From a virus (Duplodnaviria; Heunggongvirae; Uroviricota; Caudoviricetes), in the IMG/VR virus record IMGVR_UViG_2854395284_000002, positions 91,638-143,238 of that record: a stretch of DNA of 51,601 bases. One strand, 5' to 3'. The notes below the pieces were generated by a model. That model saw only the letters and a list, made by a program, of their open reading frames with translations, was not told where the DNA came from and searched no databases. Numbering within the stretch: position 1 is the stretch's first letter; every line of letters starts with the position of its first letter. Of this stretch, positions 17,637 to 25,386 are shown piece by piece. A program made the position numbers and the translations under genes.

Positions 17637-17907
17637 ATTCGATTAGATTAATTCCTAAGTTCTCCTCTAATGATTCGAGAAAAACTTCTCCATCTTCTTT
17701 GTTTTTGCAGTAATTCACCAAAGAAGTCACACGTAATTCATTTTCGTTTTCCTGCAATTTCCCTTCAAACATCGCACGAACTTCATTCCAAAGATCGTCG
17801 TTTGTTTCCAGCTCTACAGATAAATCTGTAAACCGTTTCTGTTTTAATAAGTTATACCGTAATGTTTCTTTCATTTTCTCTTCCTCTCTTTCTTGTGATT
17901 GAATCAA
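17629..17907 (-). CDS. hypothetical protein (about 82 aa)
   Basis: GAGG RBS before MKETL. Confidence 0.65.
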   Translation of the reverse strand: MIQSQEREEEKMKETLRYNLLKQKRFTDLSVELETNDDLWNEVRAMFEGKLQENENELRVTSLVNYCKNKEDGEVFLESLEENLGINLIEFV

Positions 17908-17961
17908 ATAATCACATCAGCACAGACAAGGTAACTTACCTTCTCTGCACTGTCTGACTAC

Positions 17962-18051
17962 TTAATTTTCACTTTCGCTTTCGGATAAATACTCTTCAAG
18001 TCCTGCATATTCGTCATCCGAAAGCAGATTCCGTAAATCATCCATTGACAT
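17962..18051 (-). CDS. 29-aa acidic microprotein (MSMDDLRNLLSDDEYAGLEEYL...)
   Basis: Hand-translated, AGGAG RBS. Confidence 0.4.
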   Translation of the reverse strand: MSMDDLRNLLSDDEYAGLEEYLSESESEN

Positions 18052-18090
18052 AATCGTTATTCTCCTTTCTCGTTTGCGTTTTTGAGTGAA

Positions 18091-18129
18091 AGAAAACACC
18101 ATCAGTTAGCTAGGCTGACGGTGTTTCTT
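18091..18129 (-). terminator. probable intrinsic terminator
   Basis: GAAA.CACC.TCAG / CTGA.GGTG.TTTC stem. Confidence 0.55.
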
Positions 18130-18227
18130 CCTATATATATGTGGAGGGATAAGGTGGTGCTTTCTTATTCCGAACTCCCTATGTAAAATATGTATATGTA
18201 TTGCTTGCTATGTATGTAAGATATGTA

Positions 18228-19343
18228 TTATTTATTGATTTCGCTTTCCAGAATGTCAAACAACTGTGCATTACTCTTAACAGGAAATACCTTACTTTCG
18301 TAGAAAGCTGCTCCGCTACAATGTTTCTTCAAAAGATTTAATGTTTCCGTTCCGTGAATGCTTTCCATCTTCAGAAGAACATTGATATTTCGCTGTGTGA
18401 ATGCATTCTTTTCTGTAGATCCGCACCAATTCAATTCTTTAATCATAACGATTGCATGTTTAAGCGATTCAGGTCTGCGCTTTGCCATTCTTAACAGATT
18501 CATGGTTGGTGTAACTTTCCCAATAGGATTTTCTTTCCGATTCAGGTCAGCTGAGATCTGGATGTTGTATGCATCGAAAATCATTTTGAAATTAATATAA
18601 TCTTCTTCGTTCGCTTCAATACCAGCTCTATACATATCACTAACCGACATAGGTTTCCTTCCTGCCTGCTGTCCTAAGAAAACTAATACGGCCTCACACA
18701 TTGTTTTACAATCAATAATCTCAACCAGAATTTTTAATTTTTCTGCTTTTCCTAACAGATTGTTTTTCATAATGAATGCAGCTAATCTATGTGCGCCATC
18801 GGCTACATATAATTTTCCATCAATAAGGAACACTTTGATCGGATCGAATTTCGATTCATTGAAATTTTCTTCAATCTCTTTTGCCTTTACCATGTCCGTA
18901 CTTCTCTGCCAGTCTGGAATATGTACAAACAGTGGGTTGATTGTTATATATTTTTTATTTCCTACTGTCAAAGGATACCGTAATGCATTGCTTACTTCCG
19001 ATGTTTCCATTTCTGCATCAAAATCCCTCTGTTCATTAATCCAATTTTCGAAATCGACTGATGTCATATAATGCCGAAATCCTTTTGCTCTTCTATATTT
19101 TTCATATGTCTTTCCCATCGAATCTGAAAAGCTGTATCCTACATCATGAATTTCGATGTCGTCTTTATTGATCTTCAGGATAAAGCAGATTTTGTCTACT
19201 TTCTCTTCCGACGGATTACTTCGACCTGTTTCATAATTGGAAATTGTGCTTTCAGCAACTCCAAGTTTCTTTGCAAGTGCATTCTGTGACATACCAGCTT
19301 TCTCTCTCATCTCTGTTAATTTTACTCCATTGATTTTACACAT
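18228..19343 (-). CDS. XRE-family HTH fused to a ParB/Srx-like (DUF6551-like) domain
   Basis: N-terminal LTEMREKAGMSQNALAKKLGVAESTISNYETG; central P.WQR.......I...F....FDPI.V......YVADGAHRL. Confidence 0.75.
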   Translation of the reverse strand: MCKINGVKLTEMREKAGMSQNALAKKLGVAESTISNYETGRSNPSEEKVDKICFILKINKDDIEIHDVGYSFSDSMGKTYEKYRRAKGFRHYMTSVDFENWINEQRDFDAEMETSEVSNALRYPLTVGNKKYITINPLFVHIPDWQRSTDMVKAKEIEENFNESKFDPIKVFLIDGKLYVADGAHRLAAFIMKNNLLGKAEKLKILVEIIDCKTMCEAVLVFLGQQAGRKPMSVSDMYRAGIEANEEDYINFKMIFDAYNIQISADLNRKENPIGKVTPTMNLLRMAKRRPESLKHAIVMIKELNWCGSTEKNAFTQRNINVLLKMESIHGTETLNLLKKHCSGAAFYESKVFPVKSNAQLFDILESEINK

Positions 19344-19446
19344 AATTTTTATCTCCTTTTTCTATGTTTTATTATTTTGAATTTCCCTTTGATTTTGAGC
19401 ATAAAAATAACAGGTATATTTCAACCTGCTTTTCTATGCTCTGGGT

Positions 19447-19650
19447 TCAGTTTTCGAAACCACATAATGTATATGGTTCTAGCGTACATACCATATAACA
19501 ATATATAGCATTATCATATAGTATGTCATCTTCGGCAATTCGCTTCCAATTTTCAAGCGTTGCCTTCTTATTTTCTCTTAGTCCTCCACCGTATTCTTTC
19601 CAGATCGTATCACGGCTTGCAATGTTTAGTTCTGCTAATCTACGATCCAT
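19447..19650 (-). CDS. hypothetical protein (67 aa)
   Basis: ORF in array; start uncertain. Confidence 0.45.
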   Translation of the reverse strand: MDRRLAELNIASRDTIWKEYGGGLRENKKATLENWKRIAEDDILYDNAIYCYMVCTLEPYTLCGFEN

Positions 19651-19740
19651 TTGCCGTAAAGATTCTATACGACGGTTTAGTGACCATGCTTCTATTTTGC
19701 GTTGTGTGATTGTGCATCAGCTCCTTTCTATGGTTTTGCC

Positions 19741-20235
19741 TTACTGGATTTTATAAAAGCTTTCATTCCAACCAGGAAGAAGAAATTCTGTCAACCGATC
19801 ATTGTTCATCATCGCATTGAATCCGATTTCCGTTACAATGTCAATAATTTCTTTCTTAGTAAGGATAAATTCTAGCGTTGTCTTTTTAATAGTTTTTACA
19901 CAGATTTCCGCAAGTTCTCTTTCTGCTTCTTTCTGCTTGTACAATACCTGACAGCTGATGTCATGGAACAGATCGTCTAACGCTTCTTTTACCTGCTGAA
20001 TAGTAATATATTCTTCATGCAGTTTTTTGTATTTTTCTACAGACTCGTTGAATTTCCGTTCTTCCGCCAGCTTGTTACAATACTGGACTGCTGCCGCGAA
20101 CTCTGCGTCTGTCATATCACAGGTAAAGATGATAATTTCCGGTTTCTCTTTTGTTTTAAAGTCGATTCCAGATAATGCAAGATAAGAATAAAAACTTGCG
20201 CTACTTGTTACTTTGATTTCGAATACTTTTCTCAT
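19741..20235 (-). CDS. hypothetical protein (164 aa)
   Basis: RBS before MRKVFE; 8-bp IR ATGCATAA-N7-TTATGCAT upstream at 20281-20303. Confidence 0.7.
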   Translation of the reverse strand: MRKVFEIKVTSSASFYSYLALSGIDFKTKEKPEIIIFTCDMTDAEFAAAVQYCNKLAEERKFNESVEKYKKLHEEYITIQQVKEALDDLFHDISCQVLYKQKEAERELAEICVKTIKKTTLEFILTKKEIIDIVTEIGFNAMMNNDRLTEFLLPGWNESFYKIQ

Positions 20236-20319
20236 GATTTTTAATTTCCCTTTCTTAATTAATTTGATTATGTATATATTATGCATAATTATAAGTTATG
20301 CATTTATACTACATAGTTC

Positions 20320-20493
20320 TTAGTGCTGCGAAATGATCCAGTTTCCGTTGTTCGCTTCACCAAAAGCTACGACATAAGTAAGACACAGAAGAGATGGAAT
20401 AATATTCCACATACTAGCTTCCAAACTGAGCAGGGACGAAAATGCGCCGATCCATGCCAGGATATAACTTGCTTTTAAAATTTTATCTCTCAT
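20320..20493 (-). CDS. small membrane protein (57 aa)
   Basis: Hand-translated, AGGAG RBS, hydrophobic. Confidence 0.55.
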   Translation of the reverse strand: MRDKILKASYILAWIGAFSSLLSLEASMWNIIPSLLCLTYVVAFGEANNGNWIISQH

Positions 20494-20621
20494 TTCTTTT
20501 TCTCCTTTGCCTTTTTGTTTTATTCTCTATTTGCCTTTTTCGAATTTTGAGTACAAAAATAACAGCCATCGTTTTCGTGATGGCTGCTATTAAAATGTAT
20601 ACAGTATTTAGTTTATAAGGA

Positions 20622-20903
20622 CTATTTCCGCAATGGGACAATATCTAATGTATATCCCATTGGTACAAGCAATTTAATAAGTGTGTCAATCTGCGGCACT
20701 GCTTTCATACTTTCCATTCTGGCGATCGCTGACTGTTTAACTCCGCTTGCCTTTGCAAGTTGGGTCTGAGAGAATCCGCTGGACTCTCTCATCTCCTTTA
20801 CTTTCTCAATCAATGCGACTTCAAAATTGATTTCTGCCTTGTCTTCTTCGGAAAAATATTCCGGATCATTGAACATATCTTCGAAATTTTTATGCTCTTT
20901 CAT
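20622..20903 (-). CDS. HigA-type HTH antitoxin
   Basis: XRE HTH (SQTQLAKASGVKQSAIARME) downstream of a RelE-like toxin. Confidence 0.8.
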   Translation of the reverse strand: MKEHKNFEDMFNDPEYFSEEDKAEINFEVALIEKVKEMRESSGFSQTQLAKASGVKQSAIARMESMKAVPQIDTLIKLLVPMGYTLDIVPLRK

Positions 20904-20905
20904 AG

Positions 20906-21268
20906 CTATTTTCCCTCTCTTTCTAACCAGTCTCGCATGTTTGCCTTTGCCTTTTCTATTTCTCTTTTCGGTGCTTTCTGCGACTTTTTCATGTAATGAC
21001 TTAGTAACACAAACTTATTCTCTTTCCAGTAGAAGAAGAAAATTCGATTCTTTAATGGTCGCAGTTCCCAAACATCTCCTTCGATCGGTCGAACTACAGG
21101 ATATCCGATTCTTGTGCCGTTTCGCTTAAGCAACAAAATATATTCTGCAATCTTGTTCATGTTGATTCTTGCGTTTTTATCTATCTTTGCCTTTTCCGCA
21201 AGCTCTGCGAAATATTCTCCAATTTCGCAATGATCGTTGACGTCCTTATAAAATTCTACTGTATACAT
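20906..21268 (-). CDS. RelE/HigB-type (Gp49-like) toxin
   Basis: G.RIGYP.VRPIEGDVWELRP..NRIFFF......FVLL.HYMKKSQKAP..EI..A. Confidence 0.8.
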   Translation of the reverse strand: MYTVEFYKDVNDHCEIGEYFAELAEKAKIDKNARINMNKIAEYILLLKRNGTRIGYPVVRPIEGDVWELRPLKNRIFFFYWKENKFVLLSHYMKKSQKAPKREIEKAKANMRDWLEREGK

Positions 21269-21295
21269 TTATTATATTCCTCCTTCGTCAAATTT

Positions 21296-21324
21296 ATTAT
21301 AACATATTTGTTATAACTGTACAA
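21296..21324 (-). promoter_or_regulatory. sigma-A promoter of the TA operon with an overlapping operator
   Basis: TTGTAC-17-TATAAT on the minus strand; IR TTATAACA-N4-TGTTATAA at 21297-21316. Confidence 0.75.
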
Positions 21325-21346
21325 GATAGAATTTTATGTTTGCCTT

Positions 21347-21760
21347 TCAGTTTTCTCTTATCAGTCCGAAAATCTCATAAACACTTCCATCTTTTGTGTA
21401 GATACGGATTTTGCCTTCTTCCTTTTCTACGTCGGTGATGTCATCAAGTGCGACGTATGCCTTGTTAAAATCGTACTCGTCGGCTGATTTATAAGAGTAG
21501 AACTCATAACCGTCGGAAGTCATAAGAGACAGTTCTTCTCCGTTTGTATTCCAGTCTACAATGTCAGAAATAAACGAATCGGCGTAGCTGTAATCCTGTT
21601 CGGCGGAATAGTCAAGTTTTCGGTTGTTGGTTTCCGTTGCGGAGTTCTGCCGTGATACTGCTTTTACTGGTTCTGCTGCTGTTCTGGTGGTGTTGTAAGC
21701 AGAGATTCCGGAAAAGATGGTGGTAAGGGTGAGAAGTGTTACTGTTAATTTTTTGAACAT
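21347..21760 (-). CDS. secreted protein (137 aa)
   Basis: Signal-peptide-like N-terminus MFKKLTVTLLTLTTIFSGISA. Confidence 0.7.
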   Translation of the reverse strand: MFKKLTVTLLTLTTIFSGISAYNTTRTAAEPVKAVSRQNSATETNNRKLDYSAEQDYSYADSFISDIVDWNTNGEELSLMTSDGYEFYSYKSADEYDFNKAYVALDDITDVEKEEGKIRIYTKDGSVYEIFGLIREN

Positions 21761-21873
21761 AGTAGTTCCTCCTTATTTTGAGTTTGCCTTGTGAAATTGA
21801 AAATTTTTGCATCAAAAAAAGACATTCTTGCTTTGCATTGCAAAAACGCCTTTTTCGGTTCTGTTATTTTGTT

Positions 21874-22110
21874 TTACAAATAGAATGTAACTTCTACTTG
21901 TGTAGGAATCCCGAATGCAATTACATTACATACACGGGTTTCCATTGTGTTATCTTCCAGATATTTCCGTTGTTGGATTCTGGAATCATACATTCCTGTC
22001 AGTTTCCGCAAAGTATCTTCTACGTTTTCCGGTACGAACTGTTCCGCAATTTCTCTGTGACGCCGTGAAAATTTTGTCATCGGAATACAAGTAATATCAT
22101 TTCTTTTCAT
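21874..22110 (-). CDS. hypothetical protein (78 aa)
   Basis: GGAGG RBS. Confidence 0.65.
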   Translation of the reverse strand: MKRNDITCIPMTKFSRRHREIAEQFVPENVEDTLRKLTGMYDSRIQQRKYLEDNTMETRVCNVIAFGIPTQVEVTFYL

Positions 22111-22339
22111 TTTCTCTTCCTCCTAAGATCATTCTTGATGCTTTCAACGCATTGTTTGCCTTGAAATTTCCAGTTTTGATAAACACGGATAATAAAGCCG
22201 GTGCTAATTCTTCTACTAATTCTGTAGTATATAACATATTACAGATAGCATTGAAAATACCCATGGTTGCCTTGTCATTTTCTAAATGATTGCTTTTAAT
22301 TGTAACCATCATTGCGTTTTCTGCCTGGATTGCGTTCAT
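22097..22339 (-). CDS. hypothetical protein (80 aa)
   Basis: GGAGG RBS. Confidence 0.65.
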   Translation of the reverse strand: MNAIQAENAMMVTIKSNHLENDKATMGIFNAICNMLYTTELVEELAPALLSVFIKTGNFKANNALKASRMILGGRENEKK

Positions 22340-22378
22340 GTTATTCTACCTCCTGTTTTACCTTTTTACATTCTCTGC

Positions 22379-22942
22379 TTAATAGTCATAACCACAAGAT
22401 AATGAAATCATTGATGCATTACCAGAAAATTCCCAATGAGCATAAGTTGTGTGTTCTTTCCATTCCGGTTCTGACCGTCCAAAATCTCGTGCTTCCATTC
22501 CAGGAATTAATCGCTGCCCAGATCCACCGCCTTTCTTTCTTGTAACCGCGCTTTTCATCATTTTATCGAAATTTTCCGGTTTGCATTCTCTGATTGGGTG
22601 AACTGATTTCGCTTTACTTTCTTTATGAGCTTTCCAGATGCTGCACGCAAGTTTCCGTTCGAACTCATTCTTGCTATAGGTGGCGATTATATCTCGTTCC
22701 CATTCGTTATAAACCGAATTGAAAGCCCACACATACAAATAAACGCGGTTTCCTTTATAGTTTGGGAACGAGTCACACACGTACCGAACGCCGTCATATT
22801 GAGTATATACGGCATTTACTGGGAAAAGTTTTCCCGCCATTCTGAATTGTTTTCTTGCAATGAGATAACGCGTATCTGAGCATTTTTTAAACACTTCTGA
22901 AATTTTACACATGGTTTTCCCTCTTTTCTTTCTTATTTTCAT
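22379..22942 (-). CDS. hypothetical basic protein (about 177 aa)
   Basis: ORF; likely start MCKIS. Confidence 0.65.
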   Translation of the reverse strand: MKIRKKRGKTMCKISEVFKKCSDTRYLIARKQFRMAGKLFPVNAVYTQYDGVRYVCDSFPNYKGNRVYLYVWAFNSVYNEWERDIIATYSKNEFERKLACSIWKAHKESKAKSVHPIRECKPENFDKMMKSAVTRKKGGGSGQRLIPGMEARDFGRSEPEWKEHTTYAHWEFSGNASMISLSCGYDY

Positions 22943-23034
22943 TGCAAAGCTGGAAATTTAAGTACGCAAAAAAGACGTTGCACACACAACGCCCATTTTC
23001 GGGTATCAAAAAGCACTTAAAAAAATAAGTGTTG

Positions 23035-23070
23035 AAAATCGCCCGTAACTTTTGACGGTCACGGGCGATT
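23035..23070 (-). terminator. probable intrinsic terminator
   Basis: AATCGCCCGT / ACGGGCGATT stem. Confidence 0.6.
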
Positions 23071-23087
23071 ATATTGCGATTGCGTGG

Positions 23088-24134
23088 TTATTTCTGTTTC
23101 TTCTGTTCAAAAGTCAGATTGCCCTTAATTTCGAACTTTCCACCCTGTTTTTTCAGGACGATTGCTTTTACAAGAACTCGTTCAAATTTCTTGTAGTTCA
23201 CTGTCTTGAACAGGAATTTTCCGTTTCCGTCCTGTTCAATGTTGAAACCAGAAACAAGGGTCGCCAGGTTATTTAATTCCGTTGGGGTCATTCTGATGGA
23301 ACGAGACGCAAGTACCTTGTTCCCGTCCGACTTTGTGACAGAAAACCGCGAAAACAGGTTTTCCATCTCAGACCGGAATGACAGATATAATTTTTTTGTA
23401 TCTTCCGTTGTCTCACCACCAGTGCGTCCCAATTCATGGCGGTAAAGCTGGGCTGACTGTAAAGGTTTTTCAAAAACCTTTTTCCAGTCCGAAACGTTTC
23501 CGGAAGCAAGGGAACAAAACAGTTCAAAATGTAACAACTGTTTTCCCGTGCCTTTCACCTGGGCAACGTATACCGGAGAAATGATACCGGAAATTTCGTT
23601 ACACGCGTTGCGGAGTGCGTCACGGCGGTTGACAAGATCCATTCTTACGTCCTCCGATGTGAGAAGAAACGCGCGGAGCTTTGAGTATTCTGTGCTTTCC
23701 TCCTGATCCAATTCGAATACATCACGCTTGTTTTCGAGCTCTTTTGCGCGCGCTTCAGACTTTTCAACCGTTTTCAGAAAACTTTCTAACTTGTTTTCTG
23801 AAGCTGTTTTTTCCTGTTCCATACAAGCAGCGAAAACGGCGTTTTTGTACAGAACTGGAGTGAGAACTACACCGACAAGTGACAGTTCGCTAAAGTCGGT
23901 ATAAGACCGTGAGATAATCCCGTCCGAAACGAGATCGAAAACAACGCGGTTATAGACAAGCGCGGTTTCATCTACTACAAGACGAGTTCCGGAAACAAGG
24001 TTGATAGAAGCAAGTTCGTTGCGGGTTACTTTCAGAATGTTATACATCATGGTTTTTTCCTCCTTAAATGCCGTGTACTTGACACGGCGAAACAAAATTG
24101 ATAAGATATGTATTGAAACAATTTCGGCGCTCAT
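23088..24134 (-). CDS. hypothetical protein, first gene of the leftward operon (probable start MMYNIL at about 24049)
   Basis: Long ORF; GGAGG RBS precedes MMYNIL; more GC-rich than the array. Confidence 0.7.
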   Translation of the reverse strand: MSAEIVSIHILSILFRRVKYTAFKEEKTMMYNILKVTRNELASINLVSGTRLVVDETALVYNRVVFDLVSDGIISRSYTDFSELSLVGVVLTPVLYKNAVFAACMEQEKTASENKLESFLKTVEKSEARAKELENKRDVFELDQEESTEYSKLRAFLLTSEDVRMDLVNRRDALRNACNEISGIISPVYVAQVKGTGKQLLHFELFCSLASGNVSDWKKVFEKPLQSAQLYRHELGRTGGETTEDTKKLYLSFRSEMENLFSRFSVTKSDGNKVLASRSIRMTPTELNNLATLVSGFNIEQDGNGKFLFKTVNYKKFERVLVKAIVLKKQGGKFEIKGNLTFEQKKQK

Positions 24135-24716
24135 AAACTCACGTTTTCGTCAATATTTCAAGCGGGCGACTTGAGCGCCACGACTTACGGGAAACGTCCC
24201 GCGACGTATTTTAATGGAACACGTAAACCGAAAAGGGAGCGACTTGAGCGCCACCACTTTTTTTATTGCAATTTGTAGGGAGCGACTTGAGCGCCACCAC
24301 TACGAAAAGGTGTTTCGTTCGAATGTAGTCTGTATATCCCGTGTACAGGTGGGAAAACGCATATCATCACACGCGCCCACTTTGTTTACCACTCAAGTGC
24401 TGCTGATTTTAAGCAGATATTTGAAGACGGTTACTCGTGTTACCCGTTCGCGTACATCTCACGACGTTCGCGCGCTCAACTGGGAATAGTCCTATTCGGT
24501 ATGGACTTTGTACCGGGCAAATTAGTTTGCCGAACTCATGCAAGAATAGAATGCAGATGGATTTTCCGCCATCCGCGGAGCGGTTACACGTCCGCGTAAT
24601 AGATACTGAGACTAAGGTTGACAGTTACAATCCCGGGCGGTGTCCGGTATACAGAAGAAGAAACACCGCGAACGAAACGACCGTTCGCGTATCAATTAAG
24701 GTCATCCCTCATTGAC
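24135..24716 (-). ncRNA. candidate structured RNA or long 5' leader (about 580 nt)
   Basis: GC-richer non-coding segment with at least 9 consecutive hairpins directly downstream of a consensus promoter. Confidence 0.45.
24166..24301. repeat. three direct repeats, core GCGACTTGAGCGCCAC
   Basis: 24166-24181 (16 nt); 24235-24258 and 24278-24301 are identical 24-mers. Confidence 0.9.
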
Positions 24717-24722
24717 AAGTCA

Positions 24723-24751
24723 AGTATAGCATGTAGGCACTCATTTTTCAA
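24723..24751 (-). promoter_or_regulatory. sigma-A promoter of the leftward transcript
   Basis: TTGAAA-17-TATACT with an extended TG; 10-bp IR TGTAGGCACT (24732-24741) / AGTGCCTACA (24784-24793) overlaps the spacer. Confidence 0.7.
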
Positions 24752-24958
24752 GTATTTTTTAGTAAAATAATCACGGTTTTATAAGTGCCTACATATATAT
24801 TTTTATGCATATTGCTAGTTAGTTAAATGTAATTGTACAATATAAACAACAAACATAGTGCAAATAGTAATGTTATGCAGCATATTGACGAACAGTAATA
24901 TTGCACAATAGATGCAATAGTTTATTGTGCAAAGTGCTGAAAATAAAATAATTTATTA

Positions 24959-25177
24959 TTGTATATGCAAAAGGAGTTATTGTGTATGAGTACAGAAGCA
25001 GAAAAGAAAGCTGTTAGAAAGTATCAGGCAAAATGCAAAGAAGTAAGAATAAAGTACACTGAAAAAGAAATATCAGAATACAATAGATTGCAAGAATATT
25101 TATCAGAAAATAATATCAAAGTGACCGAATATTTGAAAAAATTAATAAAAGCAGATCTGGACAAAAAGGGGTATTGA
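24959..25177 (+). CDS. small ribbon-helix-helix-like DNA-binding protein
   Basis: KAVRKYQAK...V.IKY.......L.EYL......V.EYLKKLI..DL; divergent from the array. Confidence 0.6.
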   Translation: MYMQKELLCMSTEAEKKAVRKYQAKCKEVRIKYTEKEISEYNRLQEYLSENNIKVTEYLKKLIKADLDKKGY

Positions 25178-25203
25178 CTGCAAAGCGTGCCGGAATAGAA
25201 GGT

Positions 25204-25258
25204 TGACTAATGGTCATATTTTTATGACTAATGGTCATATTTTTGTGACTAATAGTCA
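25204..25258. repeat. 21-bp tandem repeats (iteron-like), each containing TGAC-N5-GTCA
   Basis: Units start at 25204, 25225, 25246. Confidence 0.85.
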
Positions 25259-25346
25259 GTTTAGAAAATTAGGAATGGTTACTATTATTGATTTTATGGA
25301 AATGTGAGGTTTAGTACTGGTAAACTTTTTGTTTAGTATTTGCATA

Positions 25347-25386
25347 TGTGGAAATTGTGGATAATGTGGAAAACTTATGTGGATAA
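25347..25386 (-). promoter_or_regulatory. cluster of four DnaA-box-like sites
   Basis: Perfect TTATCCACA (minus strand) at 25356-25364 and 25378-25386; variants at 25347 and 25365. Confidence 0.7.

Noticed and set aside
348-23863. Plus-strand ORFs across the small-gene array (e.g. 5203-5712, 10313-10822, 12800-13354)
   Set aside because: Antisense shadows of well-supported minus-strand genes, without RBSs.
24166-24301. Mini-CRISPR or type III TA antitoxin array
   Set aside because: Only three copies with unequal gaps (about 53 and 19 nt), and the downstream ORF has no recognisable Cas or ToxN features.
24214-24715. Plus-strand ORFs 24214-24489 and 24437-24715
   Set aside because: No RBS, atypical composition and antisense to the predicted promoter; better explained as by-products of a GC-rich structured region.
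24135-25200. Conjugative oriT with the small-gene array as its leading region
   Set aside because: Leading-region genes normally point towards oriT, whereas these point away; there is no relaxase for this element in the window.
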